Source: Octopus vulgaris
Lineage: Eukaryota
Length of the DNA: 64,000 nt
Direction of reading: 5' to 3'
Assembly: GCA_951406725.2 (NCBI GenBank)
Contig: OX597814.1
Location: 99,944,001-100,008,000 of the forward strand
The position numbers were made by a program, and so were the translations under genes. This document shows positions 54,037-64,000 of this stretch, piece by piece (the stretch's first letter is position 1; each line of letters begins with the position of its first letter). The notes beneath the pieces are model-generated. The model searched no databases. It had not been told where the DNA came from and saw only the letters and a list, made by a program, of their open reading frames with translations.

Positions 54037-55703
54037 CATACACATACATATATACGACGGGCTTCTATCAGTTTCCGTCTATCAAATCCACTCACAAGGC
54101 GTTGATCGGCCCGATGCTATAGTAGAAGGCACTTGCCCAAGGTACCACGCAGTGAGACTGAACCCGGATCCATGTGGATGGTATTTATATTTGTGCACAC
54201 AGTACAGTATGATTTAAGAGAGATTTGGCAGATATTTCTAGCTCAACGAGCGACTGTATAAATGCTTTTCCATTACAGTTGCTGCTCTTGATGGTGATGA
54301 TGATGATTATGATGATAATGTTGTTGTTGTTGGTGGTGGTGGCGGCAGTGATGGTGGTGGTGGTGGTGGTTGTCGTGGTGGTGGTGATGGAGAGAAGAGG
54401 AATAGAAGCAGGTTCCGACGGTGGTGATTATGGTGTTATTGTTTTGTTTTGTTTGTTTCCATCAATTTTAATCATGGAAGAAAGTAATCCATCATTTAGC
54501 CGATGCTAAGCTTTCTTGCCCTGCTAATTAACCAGTTAGCTCGCCACATATCACCAACGCTTTGCGGACAAACCAAACAACGTCAATTGTTAACTTAATT
54601 TTGTTGTATATCTGCCTTTATATCATATTTGATAGAGGACTTGTAAGAGATAAAGGGTATTGAATATACCAGTGAAACATACTTATTCTGTCGAATTTGT
54701 AAATACCCACATCGCAATTCTATTTTCCTGGGTTTTCTTTCTTTCTTTCTTTCTTTTTTTTTTTGTCATTTTTGTTGTTTCTTTTCGTTTACGAAGTCTC
54801 TCACTTCTGAAACACGAAAAGAAATAAATACACACAAAAGAAAGAGGAATGACAAAGAAAAGAAAAAAATGAGGAGGAAGAGGAGGAGAAAGAAGTGTTA
54901 AGAAGTAAAAGAAGATAAAGAGGGGAAGAAAGAGGAAGAAGAGGAGGATGAATACGAAAGAGGAGCAGGAGAGGCGGAGAAAAAGAAAGAAAAAAATGAG
55001 GATGTGGAGGAGAAGAAAAACCTCGAGGAAAGAAACGGAGAAGAGAGAAAAAAAAATGAAGAAACGAACGACAGAAAGACAGAAAGGCTGAAAGACGTTC
55101 GCCCTTAGTCCTGACTCTACCAGCTGGCTAGAGCCCTTTAAAACCCTATCTGTACATTTTGTGATTGATGACTTGTTTTATAGAAATTATAATTAAATGA
55201 ATAAACGAAACGCGGTGGCCCCGATTACAATGCGACTGCGTGAAACGTTTAGATATACATACATTTACTATAGTGTGGTAGTGTTGTTAGTATTTTTTTT
55301 TGTTTAGAGGAGGGCTCTTTCTTATTTATTATATTTATTTATTTGTATTTATATATTTATATAGATGGCGGATTATTATTTTTTTTCACAGTTTGGCCTA
55401 TTCTTGTGGTTGTTGTTGCTGCTTTAGTCTTTTATTTCTTTTAGCAACCAAACGACGAAGGTTAAAGAAGGCATGATGTCGTTGTGTCGCACGCTTCACT
55501 AAGCACGGTTAGCTGTCACAAATTCTGAAAGAAATAATAATAAAAAAAAAGAACAGAAAAGAGAAAAAGAAAGACGCGTTTGCAAAAGCTAAAAGACCAC
55601 CATCGGACCACCAGCGACGTGATGCTTCTGACTGCGATTGTACAAATATCTACGTACACAACATGTGCGAGAGTGTATTTATGCTCGTGTGTGTGTGTGA
55701 GTG

Positions 55704-55767
<64 letters not shown>

Positions 55768-55824
55768 CATATATATGCTTATAAAATGTCAATTTATAAG
55801 TAAGTATATATATATATATAATAT

Positions 55825-56007
55825 ATACGGCGATTTTTTTCCTCTGTCTTCCCTTCTTTGGATCTTTCCTTCTCCTGTGTTTCCGACGAAGAGCTTCGCT
55901 CGAAACGTTAAACCCTCCTCCCTTCCTTCTTTCCTGGGCGTCCAATAATACTATATTTGTTCCACGTCCTCACTTTGTGTTTTTTTGTGCTTTCTTGTTT
56001 GGATTAA

Positions 56008-56010
<3 letters not shown>
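55825..56010 (+). mobile_element. Short retrozyme-like element with a minimal hammerhead (55879-55913), ending in (TA)n
   Basis: GTTT-CCGACGA-A-GAGC TTC GCTC-GAAAC GTT-AAAC. Palindromic stem III (AACGTT). U4->C variant core. Confidence 0.7.
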
Positions 56011-56081
<71 letters not shown>

Positions 56082-56469
56082 ATATATATACATATATGAA
56101 TAAGCATATACGCACACATTCATAAACACACATACACACACCACATACGTAACAAGAAAGTAATAAGCAAAGAAACAAAATATGAAATATAAGGTACACA
56201 AAACGCCGATAACAGAGCAAAAAAGAGAAGAAATCAACAATTTAAAGAATTGAACAATTACAAATATATCAGAAATTATATCACTATAATATTGTCAAAA
56301 TGCAGACATGCGAAAGGCACATATGTGTATACAGGAACATATAAACGCACAGAAACTTATGCACGTAATATACACGTACGTACGTACATATATATTAATA
56401 GTTGTACGTAAAGAAACTCAATTTAAAAATTTGTTAAAAGGACGGTTAAGTTACGAGGTTATGTTATGA

Positions 56470-56700
56470 AGGCGGTGAGCTGGCAGAAACGTTAGCACGC
56501 CGGGCGAAATGCTTAGCGGTATTTCGTCTGCGTTACGGTGTGAGTTCAAATTCCGCCGAGGTCGACTTTGCCTTTCATCCTTTCGGGGTCGATAAATTAA
56601 GTACCAGTTACGCACTGGGGTCGATGTAATCGACTTAATACCTATGTCTGTCCTTGTTTGTCCCCTCTGTGTTTAGCCCCTTGTGGGTAATAAAGAAATA
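56470..56700 (+). mobile_element. Young tRNA-derived SINE, family D, with TSD
   Basis: A/B-box-like head. Central gcctttcatcctttcggggtcgataaattaagtaccag resembles Meta-domain SINE cores. Flanks aggttatgtta / aggctatgtta. Confidence 0.88.
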
Positions 56701-57424
56701 GGCTATGTTACGAGGATAATATGAGGGACAGTTGACGGCATTTTATTTGCTATATAGTGATGAAACATTACTGGGACATACTGAATACCTGATGAGCATC
56801 GCCGGATCTTCTCAATTTGACTGCAACTGTGAAAAATTTTAAAGTTCAGTGAAAATTTTAAAATTTGGTGTATTGATATAATTTTCTACGCTGAATCTCA
56901 GGAGACAATAAAACTTTTCCAAGAAAATGTTTTAAAACAAGTTACAAAGGTTTATTTTTGCCCAGTCAGGAAAGAAGATTTGGGAACTGTCATTTTGCGC
57001 GTGACATCACGTGTTGTCAACTGTAAACAAATGAAATAGTGACGAAAATCTGCTTTATGCCCCATATATAACTCCTCATAACTATCTTGATTTTTGGAAT
57101 TTTCAGAAAATACTTGCGAATTTTTGCAAACTTTAAAAGCTACTAGCTATTATTTATTGATTGATTTATGGCCGAAAATAAATTTCATGTCAACGATTAC
57201 TTTACAAAACTTTACAAAAGGATTACTTTACAAAACTACACCAATACGCCAAATATGAAATCAACTGGAATAAAAATTGAAGAAATTAAAAAGTGGCAGC
57301 CAAACAGAAAAGCATAAAAATGACAATCATCTAAAGGTACATTCCAACGATGCATTTGATATATATATATTCCTCCCTGTGCCTGTAAAATCTTGTATCT
57401 CTGCCATACGGCTTCATTTGCACA

Positions 57425-57737
57425 CACGCCAGCTTAATTTAATCCGTCCTTAGTCGAAAGACACCTGTTGCTATATCCTGTTATTTGTATTTGTGTAAAT
57501 TTTTCCCGTTTTTTCCGTCCTTGTTTTCGTATACATTCGCTGCTTTCTTCCAAGAAATCTAATGCTCTTGGCTTAGTTTTTCTTTAGTGCCTACCAGATT
57601 GGAGCAATCTCAAGTATAATCAGCCGAAATTGCAAAGATAATCTGGAACTCGACTGAGGAAAGAAAACTCCGAATAATTCCGTCCTTGTTTTCTTTGTAT
57701 CGTCTATCTGGATGTTTTGCGTTCTTGTCCCATTTTG

Positions 57738-57742
<5 letters not shown>
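57425..57742 (-). repeat. Homolog of the 41378-41700 repeat
   Basis: Reverse-complement similarity along ~300 bp. Confidence 0.85.
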
Positions 57743-57791
<49 letters not shown>

Positions 57792-58659
57792 ATGTATGTA
57801 TGTATGTATGTATGTATGTATGTATGTATGTATGTATGTATGTATGTATGTATGTATGTATGTATGTATGTATACGTATCTATTTACATACATACACACA
57901 CATACACACAGAATAAAATAAGTATAAAATCTCTTCAAATTACTAAACGGTGAAACTTAAATGCTCCCTCTCAAACCCCAGCCCTCTCCACCTCTTTCTA
58001 CCTTTCTTTCTCTATAAAACATTAACATAACCCTATCATCACCCTATCTTAGATGCCAGGTCACATTCCCTTCTCCAAGTTTCCAGGCAACCTGTTTCTA
58101 TGCTACTTTAATTCCGTGGATTGCGGTACCAGATATATTACTAGCGACACTGACTGAAAATATTGTTTCCTAACCATCGAATCTTTGGACGTCGTTTAGC
58201 TGCCACCCTATATTAAATCTCAAACCTCATTATACACTCGCATAGCCATAGTCATTTTGTCAAAAGAAATACAAAAGCAATCATTCATATTAATTACTCA
58301 ATTTCGGAAAGCAATTTAACGAAATAAGCTAAGTAAGCATGCAATCAATAATGTATGAAAATCAAATGTATTAAATTATATTCATTGAATCTAGATAGAA
58401 ACGATTCTTATGCCATAAATTCTCTGTTTAAAATGTCATAAATTAATCCTTCAGAAAATCCACATGGTGACTAAGTCAACTTTACAGGAATTGCATAAAC
58501 AATACAGGAAAAATACGTAAATGTGCTGGACAGTCAATGACTTTGAGAAAATGATGCAATTGACGAAAACGGATTGATGGTTTCTTGGGTGAGCTCTGAG
58601 AAATACAGCGTTTAATAACAATACAAAGGAACATAATAATGATAATAATAATGATGATG

Positions 58660-58708
<49 letters not shown>

Positions 58709-58991
58709 CAACAACAACAACAACAACAGCAGTAACATTAACAACAACAGCAACAACAACAATAAAAACATCAATAATAAAGAAAACAATAATGCCATTC
58801 TTTCTGTTGATTGCCAAATGAGCGCATATTTTGCGAGAGTAATAGTTTGGTATGGTTAGGTTTTCTATGGTTCGGTCAACAATAAACATAAGAAGGACAA
58901 TGGTAGGACAAGAATCTGCAGGCAATTAACTCTTAATGCAATTCTGTCTGCTATTAATCAATATTGTGTATGCTTGTGTGCGTACGCTTGC

Positions 58992-59050
<59 letters not shown>

Positions 59051-59350
59051 TATATTTGTGTATGTATATATAAATGTTTATGTGTATAAATTATGTAATA
59101 TAATCTGTCTAGTGTAGGTACAAGGATTGAAATTTTTTAGTCAATTACATCAATCCCAGTGACTAACATAAACTTGTTTCCACGAACGCGAAACGATGAA
59201 ACACAATATTGAAGTCAAATTCAGAAAGTAAAGAACCAGAAGAAATGCCTCTAAGTATTTTGTCTGGCTCGGAAAAGATTGTACTAGCCGACCGCCTTGA
59301 AATTAAAGTAATAATAAAGTAATATACATATGTGTATACATACATACAGT

Positions 59351-59632
59351 GGAGGCGCAATGGCCCAATGGTTAGGGCAGCGGGCTCGTGGTCAGATGAT
59401 CGCGGTTTCGATTCTCAGACCGGGCGTTGTATGGTTTTATTGAGCGAAAACCACGAGGCTCAGGCAGGGAATGGTGGCGACCCCTGTTGTACTCTTTCTC
59501 TCACTCTTTCTTCCTGTTTTTTGAATAACGCTGCGATGGACTGACGTCCTGTCCAGCTGGAGGGAACACATACGTCATAGAAACCGAGAAACCGGGCCCA
59601 TGCGCCCGGCTAGGCTTGAAAAGGGCGAGAAA
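59351..59632 (+). mobile_element. SINE with family C head and an alternative 3' tail
   Basis: ggaggcgcaatggcccaatggttagggcagcgg...ggtttcgattctc, ctttctctcactctttcttc, then a tail different from 53308-53400. Confidence 0.8.
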
Positions 59633-61007
59633 CAATATATACATACATACACGCATACATACATACATACATATATACATACATATATGTAGGTGTGTGT
59701 GGTAAGTAGCTTGCTTACCAACAACATGTATGTATGTCATGCGCTTTGCAGTAAGGCGCAGTGTATCATGGAAATGCCGCTATAACTCATAAAAATCATC
59801 AATACTGGATTTAAAATTATTCGCCGTTTATCTACTGTAAAATTTCGCGGTTCATTTTAAATATTATGAGTATGTGTTGAATTTTGCATTTGTAACTTGC
59901 TAGTAATTATTTTTAATAGAAGCACTTAACTAGAGCGTAGTGGGAAGAAATAGTCATCTACTTTGAACTCAGTACCTGATTGTTACTTAATTAATGGAAA
60001 ACGTAACCATTAATATGTTATTTTTTTTCAGCGCCCAGTCAATTGTGTCAATACATCACCCTCAGTAATTTATTATAAATTAAATTTTCACTCAATCAAT
60101 TTATTTTAAAATTCGTTGTAGAAATTTATTGCGGTTAACAATTATTTTATTCTCTACTTTTTCATGGTTTGCTGTGTTGCAATTTATCCAGAAAGCATCA
60201 CACTTACGTGTGCAGTGTGATGGTTTGGATCACATAATAATGCTTTAAAATGTTGTACATACATAGAAATCTGTATTTTACACTCCTTGTTGGAAGTATA
60301 TTCTGAGTGATTTGCGATTTGTATATCATAAGTGGGAGGTGTTTGAGTTCTTTATGAATTTTGTTAATGATGTATTTATCAATTTTATAAGTAACTTTTA
60401 TTTTGTTCAGGTTGTGCATTGTTACTTGGTGTTGCATCTGTTGTAAGAGTGTGAGAGAGGTTGTATTTGCGTTGGTCTGTTATAGTTAAGGATACCAATC
60501 TCTTCAGTTACTAATTATTTCAAAACTTTCTTAATCTTCTATGATTTCATTATTAAAATCTTCTTCAGTCGAGTATAATTTACAAATAAGCCTGAGAAAG
60601 GATTTCACTGGTCATATTTTGTGTCTACGTTGTCACACGGCACATCCGCGCATATGTATGTATGTTTGTATATATATATATATATATATATAGATATATA
60701 TATATATATATATATATAATTATCAATAATAAAGGGTGAAATTAATTAATTTAGAAATAATCATTAATTTCACCAAGTAGAGTTCGGCATGTAAAAGCCC
60801 CATTCAAGGAAGGCTTAAGTAATACTAAGTAATTAAGGGTTTAGCAACGATTTGCCTCACCACACACCGAATTTAGAAATAGCAGTCAAAAAGTTTTGGC
60901 TATTCTTTCTACTTAAAAGGGAGATTCCAGTAAAACCAAAGCACTTAAAAAGCAAACGACGCAGGCAAAAGAGAAAGAAATGACGAAAATCATTCTATAT
61001 TAAGTCA

Positions 61008-61098
61008 CCTACGAACGTACGTTTCGGAATTAAGTCATTGCAGAGCATAAAAATAAAATCAGTATGTCTTACCTGACTATTTTCCTCCTCAGCGTAGG
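61008..61098 (-). ncRNA. Type I hammerhead ribozyme (GUU triplet)
   Basis: CCTACG-CTGAGGA-GGAA...TTCC-GAAAC GTAC GTT-CGTAGG. Confidence 0.85.
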
Positions 61099-61746
61099 AC
61101 TCTTCAATCATAAATAATTGCGTCTCAATTATTAATAATTGTGTATTAAATTTGAAGGCACTAGAAGACATCACCTCAACTCATGGTATCAGAGCGAGCG
61201 TAAGGCTTTCCAGTACCACCAAATTCATTGGGTGAATGAAAGTATGTCACCATCCCCCTACCGCCAGCGTGCTGCCAAAATAAGATGCTACAGTTTTTTA
61301 AGTGCTTTGGTTTTACTGGGATCTCCCTTTTAAGTAGAAAGAATAGCCAAAACTTTTTGACTGCTATTTCTAAATTCGGTGTGTGGTGAGGCAAATCGTT
61401 GCTAAACCCTTAATTACTTAGCATTACTTAAACCTTCCTTGAATGGGGCTTTTACATGCCGAACTCTACTTGGTGAAATTAATGATTATTTCTAAATTAA
61501 TTAATTTCACCCTTTATTATTGATAATTGTATATCTCATCCAAGTAAAAAACTGTAGCATCTTATTTTGGCAGCACGCTGGCGGAAGGGGGATGGTGACA
61601 TACTTTCATTCACCCTTTGAATTTGGTGTTACTGGAAAGCCTTACGCTCGCTTTGATACCATGAGTTGAGGTGATGTCTTCTAGTGCCTTCAAATTTAAT
61701 ACACAATTATTAATAATTGAGACGCAATTATTTATGATTGAAGAGT

Positions 61747-61837
61747 CCTACGCTGAGGAGGAAAATAGTCAGGTAAGACATACTTATTTTATTTTTATGC
61801 TCTGCAATGACTTAATTCCGAAACGTACGTCCGTAGG
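61747..61837 (+). ncRNA. Type I hammerhead ribozyme (GUC triplet; predicted cleavage after 61831)
   Basis: CCTACG-CTGAGGA-GGAA AAT AGTCA...TGACT TAA TTCC-GAAAC GTAC GTC-CGTAGG. All core nucleotides intact. Palindromic stem III ACGTACGT. Confidence 0.92.
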
Positions 61838-62029
61838 TGACTTAATATAGAATGATTTTCGTCATTTCTTTCTCTTTTGCCTGCGTCGTTTGCTTTTTAA
61901 GTGCTTTGGTTTTACTGGGATCTCCCTTTTAAGTAGAAAGAATAGCCAAAACTTTTTGACTGCTATTTCTAAATTCGGTGTGTTTTGAGGCAAATCGTTG
62001 CTAAACCCTGAGTCGCTCAGGTTTTTGAA

Positions 62030-62570
62030 CTGAGGAGCAAGATTTGCACCAGGTCCTGCGTTCTGATGCCTTGTTTTCCCAGGAAGAAAAGGGAAGGTTG
62101 CATCACTTCAGATTGTCTTTCAATTTGTTTTTGAAGTGCAATAGTGGAATTCTAATTGATTTCATGTTGGAAATTGGCCAAATAGGAATTGCTTCGGAAT
62201 TCTGATATCATTCATACGTGAGAGGTAAACTGACTATCTAAGCTGTATTTTGATGAGGATGACTTCAATACCCGGTATGCTGCATTTTGTTAGAATCTCA
62301 CTATTATGAATATGGTCTCTCGGTTTTATGTTGCAGATAGGACGTAAACACCACATATGAAAAGCGTCAAGTTGGTTGATGTGTTTTCGGAATAGAGTCC
62401 AAAATTCCGGCTGGGGCTATGCTGTAGCGCCGCCTTTCAGCGAATTTGGATCACCTTTCTGTACTGTTTTTGGTGAAGAAGTGAGTTAGACACAGAGCCG
62501 ATCTTCTTAAGATATGTCGTATCGTGTAGTCCTTCAGTTTTACATATATAACTGTGATTAGTATGATGTT
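62030..62570 (-). pseudogene. RTE-clade LINE C-terminal remnant
   Basis: Minus strand: NIKPRDHIHNSEILTKCSIPGIEVILIKIQLR*SVYLSRMNDIRIPKQFLFGQ...LKDNLK*CNL...WENKASERRTW. Confidence 0.75.
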
Positions 62571-62605
62571 GCAGCTTGATTTCATTCTAGAGTTATTTGG
62601 ATTTG

Positions 62606-62826
62606 TACGGTGAGGTGCTTAAAAGTTCCCGGCTTCGGGTAAAAGAAAATACAGGAGGATCAGTTAATTATGATTTTATTCAACATATTCTCCTCTCAGG
62701 TTCACACACTTGTTGCAGCGGTGCTTCAGTTTTTCTAAGCCCTGTAAAAGCACTCGGAAGTTTGGGCCTCCAACTTAGCCTTTCGCGATACCGTTAAAAC
62801 CAGGACCTTTTCAGCACTTCTTCGTA
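62606..62826. mobile_element. Mariner-type MITE (~220 bp)
   Basis: TIRs tacggtgaggtgcttaaaagttcccggct / reverse complement tacgaagaagtgctgaaaaggtcctggtt, with TA ends. Confidence 0.75.
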
Positions 62827-63019
62827 AATTCAGGGACTGAATTTTTCTTGTTTTTTTTGTATGTAGTACAATAAACATATAAACTACGTATCTTTTAAAG
62901 TTAATGCTATTACGTTAATCATATAGAACGACATGAATGTGGGCCTGAAAAGAAAACACATAGTTACTACATCGGCTTAGTCTATAGTTTGCTTTTGGGC
63001 AATGGAGGAAAACCTCAGC

Positions 63020-63110
63020 CATGCAGACGATGGTACAAATGCCGTGCAGACGATGGTACAAAAGTTGTGCAAACGAGCGTACAAAAAACATGTTGACAAT
63101 GGTACAAATA
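63020..63110. repeat. Degenerate ~22-23-bp minisatellite (4 units)
   Basis: tgcagacgatggtacaaa x2, tgcaaacgagcgtacaaa, tgttgacaatggtacaaa. Confidence 0.7.
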
Positions 63111-64000
63111 ATATCTATGCACAAGAGTTAGCTTGTTGGACTCAGGATAATATGTGGTCGGATCCATTCCTGGACATCATTATGTCTTTGAGTAACGCAC
63201 TTTATTAAAGGTTTTCCAGTTCACTCTAAAAGTACTATCAGCCCAGTGCTCTGGAAGCCCTCCTTCCCTCAAGCCATTATATCCTCGATATTCTGCTAAG
63301 TGGAATGTAAATTAGCAGAAAGGGTAGCTGTGGTTGCTTGCCACTAGAGATGCGCTTTATAGCGGAAACATACTACATAAGACTGAGTCATACTCTCTTG
63401 CATGTGACGTGGTATATTTTAACGGTCTACAAAAACTGAGTGTGCGTGTTTACAAGTGTGTGCATTCGTGTTCTCTTAAGGAATATGCGTCGGCATTGAT
63501 AGCAAGTTCTCTTTTCAGACGAAGTTAAGCAGTGCAAATGAGAGAATGTTTATCTATAAATTCCATATTTTTAAAGATATGCACTTATAATATTTTGGCT
63601 TGAAACAAACGACGATCATCTTCAGATAGAAGCAATTTTTTCCACATACCATAGAAAATATTACTTCACAGAGTTATTCTAAGAAATATTTTGAAGATAG
63701 ATTAGTCCTTGGTATTTCTGTTTTAGTACAATCTACTGTATTAAGTATCGCAACATTTTGAAGTCTGATAGTTATCTTATCTCCTCATGAATCATCATGG
63801 AAGCCAAGCATATGTGATAATTATTTTACATACAAGAAAATCATTCATTCATACATTTGCATAGTTGAAGCTGCTTCTATAACAGACTTTGTTTCTAACA
63901 TTGTTTATGTTAATAGAACAGTGGATTGGCAGAATTCTTAAGATCTCCAGCAAAATAACCTGTTGAATTCCCGTCGTGTTTAACTTTGGTTTTCATTCAT

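Larger units (their letters stand above)
60718..62009. mobile_element. Young retrozyme-like element: ~580-nt minus copy docked on (TA)n plus an inverted ~717-nt segment covering ~1.2 monomers (599-nt period)
   Basis: 60718-61298 is reverse-complemented in 61293-61528 and 61546-62009. agtgctttggttttactggg recurs at 61301 and 61900. Only scattered mismatches. Confidence 0.92.

Noticed and set aside
60190-60600. Possible decayed retroelement ORF on the minus strand (also 25860-26280)
   Set aside because: Coding-like composition, but no motif I could identify with confidence.
63020-63110. CRISPR-like repeats (also 371-428 and 51709-51746)
   Set aside because: Tandem units without unique spacers, no cas genes, and a eukaryotic context.

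Overview
AT-rich, microsatellite-saturated eukaryotic DNA with no host gene I can support. The SINE repertoire and the (TA)n/(CA)n/(ATT)n density suggest an octopus or other cephalopod genome (inference). The main coding feature is a young, nearly full-length Penelope-like retroelement (PLE, Naiad-type) on the minus strand. It has an intact ~937-aa RT + Cys-knuckle + GIY-YIG ORF with two long Asn-rich inserts, a type I hammerhead ribozyme (HHR) in its 3' UTR, a 3' end docked on a (TA)n tract and a 253-bp inverted internal duplication at its 5' end. The most notable pattern is a dispersed set of about 10 non-coding elements carrying intact or degenerate minimal hammerheads, most of them abutting (TA)n. 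One is a fresh ~599-nt 'retrozyme' present as an inverted plus >1-monomer tandem copy, consistent with a circular or concatemeric RNA template. Together these suggest a microsatellite-targeted PLE/retrozyme system. Also present: a degenerate second Naiad RT, mariner and maT transposase relics, MITEs and palindromes, an R4/Dong-like LINE tail inside (TAA)n, RTE LINE fragments and four tRNA-derived SINE families, some nested. All alignments and folds were done by eye, so coordinates may be off by a few nt.
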